Origin: Patescibacteria group bacterium
Lineage (GTDB): Bacteria; Patescibacteriota; Minisyncoccia; Phycocordibacterales; Phycocordibacteraceae
Direction: 5' to 3'
NCBI GenBank assembly: GCA_024653825.1
Contig: JANLHF010000001.1
Span: 62-64,061 of the forward strand
Length of the DNA: 64,000 nucleotides
Made by a program: the position numbers and the translations under genes. A model generated the notes under the pieces. It searched no databases. It was not told the origin of the DNA and was given only the letters and a program-made list of their open reading frames with translations. Shown here one piece after another: positions 29,857 to 39,536 of this stretch; position 1 is the stretch's first letter, and every line of letters starts with the position of its first letter.

Positions 29857-29901
29857 GTTAGATAGCTCCCGCTTTCTTGAGCGCGGCGAAGGCGCCGTTC
29901 T
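29857..29901. repeat. 45-bp exact duplicate of the rpmB 3' end (stop codon plus last ~13 codons)
   Basis: ttagatagctcccgctttcttgagcgcggcgaaggcgccgttct is identical to 31883-31927. Confidence 0.85.
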
Positions 29902-29917
29902 CCTGTCGAAGACAAAA

Positions 29918-29950
29918 GAAAGCGCCCTTCGGGGCGCTTCAAAAAATACA
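29918..29950 (-). terminator. Rho-independent terminator for the small-peptide operon
   Basis: On the minus strand: AAGCGCCCcgaaGGGCGCTT followed by TCTTTTGTCTT. Confidence 0.5.
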
Positions 29951-30074
29951 CATAGAAGCGTGTAGCCTACGGCTGCCTTCTACTTATGGCCCCACAGTTG
30001 TGACAGCGCCACGTCCATTCACAGTTCCAAACCACAAACTCCCACTTGTGGTCGCAACCATCGACCCGATAGTT

Positions 30075-30161
30075 TTATTTTTTCTTGCTTAAGCCACACT
30101 TGAAACATCTGTCATAACCACCACTCCAAATCCAGTCGTGCTCACAATCAAATTGTGCCAT
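30075..30161 (-). CDS. 28-aa Cys-rich zinc-ribbon-like peptide
   Basis: MAQFDCEHDWIWSGGYDRCFKCGLSKKK. A strong AAAGGAGA SD lies 7 nt upstream. A degenerate second copy, CDHKWEFVVWNCEWTWRCHNCG, follows without a start codon. Confidence 0.5.
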   Translation of the reverse strand: MAQFDCEHDWIWSGGYDRCFKCGLSKKK

Positions 30162-30165
30162 GTCC

Positions 30166-30549
30166 TTATCTCCTTTCTGATTTTCTTCTAGTCCCACTAT
30201 TTGTGTCTTTTGTCCGTGGAACCAAGAGCTTCATCTCCGGCGGAAGTGTAAATACCGCACGAACGATCTCTTTCTTTTCATATGGTCCTGAATAGGAGTG
30301 TCCCGAAATCCAACCCGAAATATCTCGATGATAGATGACCACGGTTGGATTACTCTTTGAGGGAGCATCTTTAATCTCGATGATTCTGAGAGGAATTTCC
30401 ATGGACACCGCCGTGCCATTCTTATTTTTTCTTTTTGGAAATCCTAAGACATGGATGAGGGCGGGCTTGTCGGAAAAGACCCCGCGTTGTCCCGGCTCAA
30501 ACAAGACATCTCGTATATCGAACTCCTCTTTCCACTTATGCTCTTCCAT
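30166..30549 (-). CDS. Hypothetical protein
   Basis: 127 aa, upstream of and co-oriented with the Cys-rich peptide. Confidence 0.5.
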   Translation of the reverse strand: MEEHKWKEEFDIRDVLFEPGQRGVFSDKPALIHVLGFPKRKNKNGTAVSMEIPLRIIEIKDAPSKSNPTVVIYHRDISGWISGHSYSGPYEKKEIVRAVFTLPPEMKLLVPRTKDTNSGTRRKSERR

Positions 30550-30745
30550 AAATTCTCCTTGGAGGGATCCTCTTCCCTTACTGATTAAACAACGGATTCA
30601 GTCGCGCGGTCAAAGATTTTGTAAAATCTGTTATATTTCTTAGTTATGATATGAGCCAAAATATCCTTATTTTACTTAGCATTATTGACAATAATATAGT
30701 TGTCTGATACTGTTGTTATAATTTACAACAAAACAGAGAAAAGAT

Positions 30746-31483
30746 ATGGATAACCGCATCAACAAAGTTCTGGAGCGTTTTGGCCTCACCGAGCAGGAAA
30801 CCTCCCTCTATCTGGCGTCTCTGTCGCTTGGTGAGGCCGATATGACAACCCTGACGAAGAAGGCGGGGGTGAACCGGAGCACCGGCTATCTTTTATTCAA
30901 GAACCTGGAGAAAAAAGGGCTCCTTGGTAGCTTCGTCATGCGCAAAAAGTTGCGCGTTGTACCCGCGCAGCCGGAACTTCTCTATTCTCGTGCACAAAAT
31001 GACCTCGGAGACCTTCAATCTCTTATACCAGAACTTAAGGCGTTGTCCGAGAAGGAGGATGGCCGGCCTAAAATCCGTTATTATTCGGGAAGGGAAGGAT
31101 ATATCACGGCTCTTGAAGAATCTCTACAGAAACCGAATTCTACTCTGCGACATATTGGCTCAATTAGCGAAGCACACGAGGTGTATAAGGAATACGACAT
31201 GAAGCATTTTATGCCGACCCGTATCAAGAGAAATATTCTAATAAAATCCCTCTATTCCCCTTCATTCAGTGAGGAATTAAAAACCCGCAGCCATACAAAG
31301 GAGTTGCGTGAGATAAAATATTTGCCGGAAGAATTTCACGCGAATACTGCAAAACTGATTTGCGACGATAAAGTTATCCTTACCAGTAGTAAAAAGGAGT
31401 TGGTTGCAGTGGTTATCGAAAGCAGCGACATCGCGGAAAGCGAGCGTCAGTACTTCGACCTTATCTGGGGCTTAACTAAATAG
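30746..31483 (+). CDS. TrmB-family-like HTH transcriptional regulator
   Basis: The N-terminal LGLTEQETSLYLASLSLGEADMTTLTKKAGVNRSTGYLLFKNLEKKGLL matches the TrmB wHTH pattern. Confidence 0.62.
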   Translation: MDNRINKVLERFGLTEQETSLYLASLSLGEADMTTLTKKAGVNRSTGYLLFKNLEKKGLLGSFVMRKKLRVVPAQPELLYSRAQNDLGDLQSLIPELKALSEKEDGRPKIRYYSGREGYITALEESLQKPNSTLRHIGSISEAHEVYKEYDMKHFMPTRIKRNILIKSLYSPSFSEELKTRSHTKELREIKYLPEEFHANTAKLICDDKVILTSSKKELVAVVIESSDIAESERQYFDLIWGLTK

Positions 31484-31562
31484 TCCCGCGCCGTCAGTCG
31501 TATATTGAGTGGTCTCCGACCTGCGGAAGAATTCTGGCGTGAACCCGACGGTTATCATACCG

Positions 31563-31781
31563 TCAGCATTTCTTTATCAATTCACGCGGGTTACCGTACA
31601 ACACCTTTCCTTCTCTCGCTTCTTGGAGGGAGCGCTGAAGCGACGAGAAGGCCGTCTCGCCAGCAAGTGCATCAATCCCGAGACGCACCGCGTGTGCCTT
31701 ATTCGCCGCCCGCCCGCTCTTCACGAGAGCCTTGATAAATTTCTCCTGCACTGGCGTGATGGGGACTGAAATAGTAGTCAT
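31563..31781 (-). CDS. Ribbon-helix-helix (ParD/CopG-like) antitoxin-like protein, orphan
   Basis: 72 aa. The N-terminal MTTISVPITPVQEKFIKALVKSGRA has an RHH beta-strand plus helix pattern. No adjacent toxin gene was found. Confidence 0.45.
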   Translation of the reverse strand: MTTISVPITPVQEKFIKALVKSGRAANKAHAVRLGIDALAGETAFSSLQRSLQEAREGKVLYGNPRELIKKC

Positions 31782-31885
31782 ATGATTTTATAATATCGAA
31801 TATGAATATATCATACACCCTGTTTGTGGGTAGGCAAGCAAAAACCGCCCTAGGGCGGTTTTTGCTTGCTCGCAAGTATTTCCGA

Positions 31886-32128
31886 TTAGATAGCTCCCGC
31901 TTTCTTGAGCGCGGCGAAGGCGCCGTTCTTCTTGATAGTTTTGAGACCTTTTACAGAAACGTCCACGATGACGGTCTTCTTGAGTTCAGCGACGTAGATA
32001 CGGCGCTTCTGGAGGTTGGCCTTACGGCGGACCTTCCCGGTCGGGTTAAATTGCGTCGCGCGGGTACGATTGGAGTACCGTCCGCCGATTTGCGTACTTT
32101 TTCCGGTGATTTCGCAGGCTCGTGCCAT
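31886..32128 (-). CDS. rpmB: 50S ribosomal protein L28
   Basis: MARACEITGK ... RRKANLQKRR is a typical bL28 sequence. Confidence 0.9.
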   Translation of the reverse strand: MARACEITGKSTQIGGRYSNRTRATQFNPTGKVRRKANLQKRRIYVAELKKTVIVDVSVKGLKTIKKNGAFAALKKAGAI

Positions 32129-32168
32129 AGTCGTCGCATGGTACCATTAAGCTTCTAAACCAGCAAAT

Positions 32169-32804
32169 ATGGAAGCAATCCTATCTCTCATCGTCCTTAT
32201 CCTCTCGGTCATAGCCCACGAGGTGGCTCACGGCTACGCCGCCAATACGCTTGGGGACCCGACCGCTCGCCTCGCCGGACGCCTCACCCTTAATCCACTC
32301 CCACACATTGACCTGATGGGCTCGATCGTTCTCCCCGCACTCCTCATCTTCACCCATTCTCCTATCTTATTCGGCTGGGCGAAGCCGGTACCCTACAATC
32401 CCTATAATTTGAAGGCGCGTCGCTGGGGTGAGGCTCTTGTTGCTCTCGCGGGAAGTGCGACAAACATTCTGCTCGCCGTTATCTTCGGCCTTATCGTGCG
32501 CTACGCTACAACCATCGGTCTCGACCAGACCGCGATTTCCTTCGCGGCGACTATTGCCTTCATAAACCTGTTCCTTGGTCTCTTTAATCTCATTCCGTTC
32601 CCTCCGCTTGACGGGTTCACCGCGCTGCGCGCTGCACTCCCATGGCATCTTTCCTCGGGACTCAGTCGTTTTGAACATAAGGTAAGAAACGCCGGCGTCC
32701 TTTCGCTTCTCCTCTTCCTTATTGTGTTTTCCTACGTTTTCGCCGGGCCGTTTTTCAATCTCGTCCTCTGGCTTTTTGGGCTTTTGGCCGGTGCGAGCAT
32801 ATAA
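32169..32804 (+). CDS. Site-2 protease family (M50) membrane metalloprotease
   Basis: HEVAHG (HExxH) lies in the first TM region, followed by LNPLPH. 211 aa. Confidence 0.8.
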   Translation: MEAILSLIVLILSVIAHEVAHGYAANTLGDPTARLAGRLTLNPLPHIDLMGSIVLPALLIFTHSPILFGWAKPVPYNPYNLKARRWGEALVALAGSATNILLAVIFGLIVRYATTIGLDQTAISFAATIAFINLFLGLFNLIPFPPLDGFTALRAALPWHLSSGLSRFEHKVRNAGVLSLLLFLIVFSYVFAGPFFNLVLWLFGLLAGASI

Positions 32805-33129
32805 AAAGATGAGGCCGGTGTGGCCTCGTAGTTACTATCCGTCTTCAATCCATATCAATTTCGGGCCACCGACTGCTTTTTGTCCCTGGCGAACACGGAA
32901 AACGGTGACGGTAAAACGTAATTCCGAAAACGTCTCTCCTCTCGCTATACCCACCATGCCCGAGAAGTATGGTTTCTCTGCATTCTTCACATCGTACTTC
33001 AGTACCCTCTAGAGAGGGTCCACCTATCGAACCCATAATCCCCTCCTACAGAGACAAAGACCATTTCGTACATACTCCAGTGTACACCCATATTATTTTA
33101 GATGGTAAACGACTGGTATACTGTCAGAG

Positions 33130-33573
33130 ATGGAATATCAAGTGCCACAGTTCATTGAGGTGGAGGACAAGATCGTCGGACCTCTGACTCTAAAGCAATT
33201 CATTTATATTGCCGGCGCGAGTGGCATCTGTATCATCTTTTTCTTTTATCTACAGATGCTCTTCGCCATACTGCTCTCCCTTCCGGTGGTTGCCTTCGCC
33301 GCCGCTCTCGCCTTTTATAAAGTGAACGGAAAACCTTTTGTTGAGGTTATCGAGGCGGGCTTCAACTATTACACCGGCGCGAAGCTTTTCCTCTGGAAGC
33401 ATAGAGAGTCGACGATTCCTGAACAAAAGAGCGCGGCGGCGGCGGCGAAGGCAGAAGCGGCAGCTCCGGTTCCACGAGGCACTCCCAAACTTACGAGAGG
33501 GAAGCTCTCGGAACTTGCGTGGTCACTTGACGTAAAGGCGATGGGCAATAATTCGAATACCCCCACCCCCTAA
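33130..33573 (+). CDS. PrgI/VirB3-like small membrane protein
   Basis: MEYQVPQFIEVEDKIVGPLTLKQFIYI is followed by two TM helices. It lies immediately upstream of a VirB4-like ATPase, the classic VirB3-VirB4 synteny. Confidence 0.62.
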   Translation: MEYQVPQFIEVEDKIVGPLTLKQFIYIAGASGICIIFFFYLQMLFAILLSLPVVAFAAALAFYKVNGKPFVEVIEAGFNYYTGAKLFLWKHRESTIPEQKSAAAAAKAEAAAPVPRGTPKLTRGKLSELAWSLDVKAMGNNSNTPTP

Positions 33574-33574
33574 T

Positions 33575-34210
33575 ATGGCAACAAAAGTGTCCGGCGCGAC
33601 TCAACAATTCGTCCCCGTAAAAGAAATACGGAACGGCGTTATTGTGCTTAAAGACGGTGGATATCGCGGTATCCTTATCTGTTCCTCAGTCAATTTCGGA
33701 TTGAAGTCAGCCGATGAACAGCACGCCATCACTCTCGGCTTCCAAAATTTCCTTAACACGCTCGATTTTTCAATTCAAATCGTCGTGAATTCGCGCAAGA
33801 TGGACCTGCGCCCCTACCTCGCACTTCTTGAGGAGAAGGCCCCTGCACAAAGAACAGAACTTATGCGGATTCAGTTGCGAGAATATGTAGAATTCGTTCG
33901 CTCGTTCACCGATCAGGCAAATATTATGACGAAGTCGTTCTATATCGTCGTGCCCTATGCCCCCCACTCCTCTGCCGCTGGTGCGATGAGTTTTCTGCGC
34001 CACGAAAGCGCCACGACCAAGAACACCGCCGCAGAGACCTCCTTCGAGGAGAACCGCGCGCAGCTTGAACAGCGTCTAACCCTCGTTGCGAGCAGTCTCT
34101 CCGGCACCGGCGTGCGCGCGATTCCGCTCGGCACCGAAGAGATTATTGAACTCTTGTACCGTTCCTTCAATCCGGGCGAGCTCGAGAACCCTATCCGTCT
34201 CGACCAATAA
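33575..34210 (+). CDS. VirB4/TraC-like N-terminal domain protein (split from ATPase)
   Basis: 211 aa. It ends 2 nt before the ATPase ORF, in a different reading frame. Confidence 0.5.
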   Translation: MATKVSGATQQFVPVKEIRNGVIVLKDGGYRGILICSSVNFGLKSADEQHAITLGFQNFLNTLDFSIQIVVNSRKMDLRPYLALLEEKAPAQRTELMRIQLREYVEFVRSFTDQANIMTKSFYIVVPYAPHSSAAGAMSFLRHESATTKNTAAETSFEENRAQLEQRLTLVASSLSGTGVRAIPLGTEEIIELLYRSFNPGELENPIRLDQ

Positions 34211-34212
34211 GT

Positions 34213-36036
34213 ATGGCTCTCCTCGACTTTTTAAAGCGGAAGAATGAATCGGAACAAAGCACGACTATTATGCCAGTGCTTCCCAAAGATATTTATAAAC
34301 AAGGGTCACTCGACCTTGTGGACACTATCGCACCAACCGCACTTAAGATTGGTTCGCGCGAATTAGAACTCGGAGAAAAGTTCGTCCGCTCGTTCTATAC
34401 GATTTCCTACCCGCGATTCCTTTCAGACAGCTGGTTCTCCCCGGTTATCAACCTTGATAAAGTGCTCGACGCTTCCATCTTCATCCATCCGGTTGAGACC
34501 GAGGCCGCTCTGCGCGGATTCCAGAAGAAGGTTGCTGAAGTTCAGAGCCAAATCAATGAGCGCGAAGCAAAGGGTCTTGTGCGCGACCCTCTCCTTGATA
34601 CCGCCTATCAAGATCTCGAGAGCCTTCGCGACAGCCTTCAACAAGCACAGGAGAAACTATTTGATGTGGGGCTCTACCTGTCTCTGTACGGCGATTCAAA
34701 AGAAGAAATTGATAAGACTGAGGGCGATATCCGCGGAATTCTTGACGCGAAGCTCGTCTATACGAAGCCGGCGCTTTTTCAGCAGGAACAAGGATTCCGT
34801 TCCTGCCTCCCGCTTGGCACCGACGAACTTCTGGTAAATTCAAAATTGAACTCGTCGCCATTATCTTCAATCTTCCCCTTTGTTTCTTTTGACCTGACGA
34901 GCGATCGGGGAATTTTGTATGGAATAAACAGACACAACTCTTCACTCATTCTCTTCGATCGTTTCTCGCTTGAGAACTACAATTCTGTTGTCTTCGCGAA
35001 GTCAGGCTCCGGAAAGAGTTATGCAACGAAGCTTGAAATACTCCGCTCACTTATGTTCGGCACGGACGTCATCGTCATCGACCCCGAACGCGAGTATGAA
35101 CAGCTCGCGGAGGCGACCGGTGGGAGGTCTTTCCATATATCACTCTCTTCTGAGCATCACATCAACCCATTCGATCTGCCACCAGTGAAGGATGATGAAG
35201 ATCCGAAAGACATTCTCCGTTCCAACATCATCGCGCTTGTTGGACTTTTCCGCATCATGCTCTCAGGTCTCTCGCCTGAAGAGGACGCCATTGTTGACCG
35301 CGCCATCAGCGAGACCTACGCGCTCAAAGATATCACCGGCGATGCCGACTTCACCGGCGCCGAACCGCCGCTCCTCTCAGATTTTGAGCAGGTACTCGCC
35401 GGTATGGAGGGGAGTGAGTCGCTCGTCGAGCGTCTCTCGAAGTATACCCGCGGTACGTGGGCCGGATTTCTTAATCAGCCGACCAATATAGATTTCAAAC
35501 AGCAGTTCGCGGTCTTCTCTGTGCGTGATATGGAAGACGAACTTAAGCCGGTCGCGATGTACATCATCACACACTACATATGGAATGCGGTCCGCCACGA
35601 AATGAAAAAGCGCCTTCTTATTATCGATGAGGCCTGGTGGATGATGAAGAGCGATGACACCGCATCATTCCTTTATTCGGTCGCCAAGCGCGGACGCAAA
35701 TATTATCTTGGAGTCTGTACTATCACCCAGGACGTTGAAGACTTCCTCAAGAGTCCATACGGGAGACCCATTCTCACGAACTCCTCTATACAGTTGTTGT
35801 TGAAACAGTCGCCAACGACAATCGACGTGCTTCAAAAAACATTTAATCTCACCGATGAAGAAAAATATCTGCTGCTCGAGGCCGGGGTGGGGGAGGGGCT
35901 CTTCTTCGCCGGACTGAAGCATGTCGCAATTAAAGTTGTCGCGAGCTATACCGAGGATCAGATCATCACCTCCGACCCGTCGCAACTTCTCGCGATAAAG
36001 GAGGGCAAGGCCCGTCATGCCGCCGAACAAAAATAG
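34213..36036 (+). CDS. VirB4/TraC/TrbE-like conjugative-type ATPase
   Basis: Walker A FAKSGSGKSY, Walker B LLIIDEAW, and a C-terminal VirB4-type fold are present. 607 aa. Confidence 0.8.
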   Translation: MALLDFLKRKNESEQSTTIMPVLPKDIYKQGSLDLVDTIAPTALKIGSRELELGEKFVRSFYTISYPRFLSDSWFSPVINLDKVLDASIFIHPVETEAALRGFQKKVAEVQSQINEREAKGLVRDPLLDTAYQDLESLRDSLQQAQEKLFDVGLYLSLYGDSKEEIDKTEGDIRGILDAKLVYTKPALFQQEQGFRSCLPLGTDELLVNSKLNSSPLSSIFPFVSFDLTSDRGILYGINRHNSSLILFDRFSLENYNSVVFAKSGSGKSYATKLEILRSLMFGTDVIVIDPEREYEQLAEATGGRSFHISLSSEHHINPFDLPPVKDDEDPKDILRSNIIALVGLFRIMLSGLSPEEDAIVDRAISETYALKDITGDADFTGAEPPLLSDFEQVLAGMEGSESLVERLSKYTRGTWAGFLNQPTNIDFKQQFAVFSVRDMEDELKPVAMYIITHYIWNAVRHEMKKRLLIIDEAWWMMKSDDTASFLYSVAKRGRKYYLGVCTITQDVEDFLKSPYGRPILTNSSIQLLLKQSPTTIDVLQKTFNLTDEEKYLLLEAGVGEGLFFAGLKHVAIKVVASYTEDQIITSDPSQLLAIKEGKARHAAEQK

Positions 36037-37789
36037 TCCTCAACCGAAGGTGATGACGTGGCCGCGGGCGTGGCCGATGATCATCGGCACCGCCGTTTTT
36101 GATCTTGTCCGCGCCTTTTTCCAATTTTTTTGGTTCTTCGGGCCAGCGTTGGGAGCCATTGTCTGTACTGCTGGGGTAAACACCGCTGTCGGGGCGAGTA
36201 TTTCTGGTGTGGTGGGGAAGGTGGTCGCAACTGGCTGTAGTGGGGCTGCGGTCGTCCTCGGTTCTGTCTTTTCTGAAAGCACCACTGTATTTGGAGTCAT
36301 TGTGGCAGATGCCCTCGGTCTGTTCGGTTTTCTTGCTCTTAAGATGTGGATGTATTCAAATGCCCGTAGACGCAAAGTGCTTAAAGAGATGTGGCTCTTA
36401 CAAATGGGAAGTTTTATGGGAAGTCTTATCCCTTTCATTGGAGCATTTCCTTTTTATTCATTCGTCCTTTTCTTCACCTATAAACACCAAATAAAAATTG
36501 AGAAGGCAGATTACAAAAAATGGGAGAAGGAAACGGAGAATGCTCGGCTTCAACAACAGAATCAACAGGCGGCACGGGTTGCGCAGATACAGGCCGCGCA
36601 GCAGACGCGGGTCGAACAGGAACAAATTGTGCAACAAGAAACGGTGGAAGAAGAATCAAATAGAGAGGAAGAAATTTCTGTAGACGCTGATCCGACACCA
36701 ATCCAATATCAACCAGTCGCACGACCTGAGAAAAAACGGTGGTCTCCTGATAGTGGCGTCCCGCCGCCAATGACACCCGAGTATGGATGGCGAACGACTC
36801 CTCCTCCACTTCCTCAACCATTTTCTATACCTCCTCCATTGCCGACGATGACGCCCCCGCCTCTTCCGACGTCAGCACGTATGACCCCTCCACCATTACC
36901 GCCTACGTTACCTATTCCAAGCGTTTCAGGAATGAAAGAACGCTCAATGATAAGTTCGGATGAGAGATCAGTCGAGCAGGTGGCGTTGCGCAATAACGCG
37001 TTCATTGTCCATACTATTGCAGAAAGTGGGCAGGCTCAGCACCACAATGAAAACTCGAACGTATCTGGGAAAGCCACGTACGGAGACGATATGGACATTA
37101 TGTTGGCATTTGAACCATCGGTTTCTGCCTCGTCGGTTACCCCCAGTAAAAAAGCACAGCTGTGGACTGGGGACGGATTTTTGCTCGGAGGTGGCCAAAT
37201 TAGCGAAGCGGGAGGTAGCGACCAAGGAACTATCGCTCACGGAATCAAAAAACGCGGAAACAGAATGTCTTCACTTGAAGAAATTGACAATGTCATTGGC
37301 CGAAATAGCGAACTACATCAGAGTGACTACGAACGCGTTGGAACGTTCGGAATGAACGAGATCGTTGTGAACAATTCGGAGGTATTTGGATACTTTCAGC
37401 AAGCAGGAAAAGACAAAGACGGACATTATTGGATGCTCTCCACTGAAACGAAGAAAGACTCCGAGATGGCAAAAAAGATGCGCAAGTATGGGGAAACGTC
37501 ATTCGACAAGAATATGGAAAATTATCGCCGACGTTTTGCTACTGCTCAAGAACGCGGTATCCCCTTGTATATAATGACCCCCGACCGCGAGGTGTATGAA
37601 TATCGCGGGGTCAACGACGACGGAACCGTTGAAGTTGGAAAACAATTAACGCCAGAGGAGGTCGCTAGGGGTCGGGCAGGATTATCCACAGAGAAGAGAA
37701 AAGAAATTGGTGAAAAATTACTTGAAAAGAAAATCTTTAGGGGAGAAAAGACGCAGAAGGAGGCTGAAGAAATTATAAAATCACTTTGA
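36017..37789 (+). CDS. Polytopic membrane protein with a Pro-rich repeat linker and C-terminal globular domain (possible VirB6/TrbL-like)
   Basis: Four or five N-terminal TM helices, a Gln-rich coiled segment, and a proline-rich linker containing four TPPPLP repeats. It overlaps the VirB4 stop by 20 nt. Confidence 0.5.
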   Translation: MPPNKNSPQPKVMTWPRAWPMIIGTAVFDLVRAFFQFFWFFGPALGAIVCTAGVNTAVGASISGVVGKVVATGCSGAAVVLGSVFSESTTVFGVIVADALGLFGFLALKMWMYSNARRRKVLKEMWLLQMGSFMGSLIPFIGAFPFYSFVLFFTYKHQIKIEKADYKKWEKETENARLQQQNQQAARVAQIQAAQQTRVEQEQIVQQETVEEESNREEEISVDADPTPIQYQPVARPEKKRWSPDSGVPPPMTPEYGWRTTPPPLPQPFSIPPPLPTMTPPPLPTSARMTPPPLPPTLPIPSVSGMKERSMISSDERSVEQVALRNNAFIVHTIAESGQAQHHNENSNVSGKATYGDDMDIMLAFEPSVSASSVTPSKKAQLWTGDGFLLGGGQISEAGGSDQGTIAHGIKKRGNRMSSLEEIDNVIGRNSELHQSDYERVGTFGMNEIVVNNSEVFGYFQQAGKDKDGHYWMLSTETKKDSEMAKKMRKYGETSFDKNMENYRRRFATAQERGIPLYIMTPDREVYEYRGVNDDGTVEVGKQLTPEEVARGRAGLSTEKRKEIGEKLLEKKIFRGEKTQKEAEEIIKSL

Positions 37790-37865
37790 TAGAGACCCGA
37801 GGAGATACAAAGAGTTTCGCCACAGTATCCACTGGACATGATATAGCCAATTTGCTATACTGCGT

Positions 37866-38213
37866 TTGGAGCGGCTGTTGATATACCGACGCCCAATGGA
37901 ACAGTATCGCGAAGTACACCTCCTAGATTCCGCAAAAGAATATATTGACGGTGTTTCGATACCCGATCAAGCAACTATCGCCGCGCACGTTGCGTGTATG
38001 CGCTCGGGAGACTTCGAGTCGGTTCGTACTAAACAGTTGCGCGGCTCCATCCGAGAATTGATCGTCGGACATCATCGCATAACCTACTTTGAATTTGACT
38101 CGGCCCTATATTTTGTGAGGGGATTCAGGAAGAAAACTCCCAAAGCACCGAAGTCAGAAATCGACTATGCGGAGAAGGTATATAAAATAATAAGGAACTC
38201 AATAAAATTATGA
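37866..38213 (+). CDS. HigB/Gp49-like RelE-fold toxin
   Basis: 115 aa. Toxin-upstream, antitoxin-downstream order with an XRE partner. Basic C-terminus. Confidence 0.65.
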   Translation: MERLLIYRRPMEQYREVHLLDSAKEYIDGVSIPDQATIAAHVACMRSGDFESVRTKQLRGSIRELIVGHHRITYFEFDSALYFVRGFRKKTPKAPKSEIDYAEKVYKIIRNSIKL

Positions 38214-38503
38214 AAAAGAAACAACAAAATCTCCAGTGGCACTCCTTCGATGAGGTGTTCAGTAGGAGTTCAAAAAAGAAGGAGTTCCGCCTCGCATATA
38301 ACGAGGAAATTGTACGCCTACGGCTCGCTCGGCAGATTCGTAATCTTCGCACGACTAGTCAAATGACTCAACTGATAGTGGCGAAAAAATCGGGCATGCC
38401 ACAGTCCGTGATTGCTAGGGTTGAGAGTGGCGATCGCGGTATCTCTGTAGATACGCTTGGTCGAATCGCCCACACACTCGGCAAGGAAGTGCAGTTGGTG
38501 TGA
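38210..38503 (+). CDS. XRE-family HTH antitoxin (HigA-like)
   Basis: The HTH QMTQLIVAKKSGMPQSVIARVESGDRGISVDTLGRIAHTLG is present. 4-nt overlap with the toxin gene. Confidence 0.7.
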   Translation: MKKKQQNLQWHSFDEVFSRSSKKKEFRLAYNEEIVRLRLARQIRNLRTTSQMTQLIVAKKSGMPQSVIARVESGDRGISVDTLGRIAHTLGKEVQLV

Positions 38504-38537
38504 CCTCATTGCCTCGCGCAGGCGCTATACTAGAAGT

Positions 38538-39536
38538 ATGCGTTTGGGACTTTTTACGACCTTTCTTTCTATCCTTCTGCTCCCCGTAGCCGCTTCGGCA
38601 CAATCTCTGGGCGGGATAGGGGACGCGAGCGGCGGTTCATTTACTGTTTCGGTAGCTCCACAATTTCCAGTCCCTTACAGCACAGCGACATTGTCGTTTC
38701 TCTCTTCATCAATCGACCTCGCTAACGCGACGATAACAGTTACGGCTGATGGGAAGAAGATCTATCAGGGCAGTTCCCAGCCGGTATCTCTACCGCTTGG
38801 TGGAGCGGGATCCTCTGTAGACATTTCAGTAGCGGCCGTTACTAATGAATCCACTTATACACAGTATCTTTCTATCCAGCCACAAGATGTTGCCCTTGTC
38901 GCGGAACCTCTTTCCTCAGCGCCACCTCTCTACCTAGGAAAACCGTCAGTGCCCCCCGAGGGAAGCGTCCGCGTCGTCGCGATGGCAAATCTAAGAAGTG
39001 CGGGCGGGGGATCGCTCAACCCAACGGCACTTTCATATATTTGGACGGTCGATGGAGCCCAGATTGCGAACTCTTCAGGAATCGGCAAGGCAGCAATCAT
39101 CGTCGCCTCTCCCCTCCAATATCGCGCCCGCACTGTCGCTGTGTCGGTGACAAGCCAAGATGGATCTCTTGTAGGCGGCGCCAACCTCTCACTCTCTGTG
39201 TCTGAGCCCCTGATACGCGTCTACGAAAATGATCCTCTGCTTGGTATTCGGTTTGAAAAGGCCCTGAGCGGTACGTATACCATCAAGGGGACCGAATCAA
39301 CCCTATACGCCGCTCCTTTCTCTTTTGCGACGTCTGGCGGCCCCCCCCTTCTTCAATGGCTTCTGAATGGGGGGGTGGCGCAAACAGGTTCTTTAATCAC
39401 CTTGCGTCCCTCGGGTGGCGGACAAGGGAGGGCTTCGCTCTCGCTCATCGCATCCGAAGGACAGTTCACAACAATAACGACAAATCTTTCACTCTCTTTT
39501 GGTAACACCCCGAGCCCTAACTTCTTCGGCCTATGA
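38538..39536 (+). CDS. Secreted S/T/A-rich beta-rich protein
   Basis: Signal peptide MRLGLFTTFLSILLLPVAASAQS. 332 aa. Confidence 0.5.
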   Translation: MRLGLFTTFLSILLLPVAASAQSLGGIGDASGGSFTVSVAPQFPVPYSTATLSFLSSSIDLANATITVTADGKKIYQGSSQPVSLPLGGAGSSVDISVAAVTNESTYTQYLSIQPQDVALVAEPLSSAPPLYLGKPSVPPEGSVRVVAMANLRSAGGGSLNPTALSYIWTVDGAQIANSSGIGKAAIIVASPLQYRARTVAVSVTSQDGSLVGGANLSLSVSEPLIRVYENDPLLGIRFEKALSGTYTIKGTESTLYAAPFSFATSGGPPLLQWLLNGGVAQTGSLITLRPSGGGQGRASLSLIASEGQFTTITTNLSLSFGNTPSPNFFGL

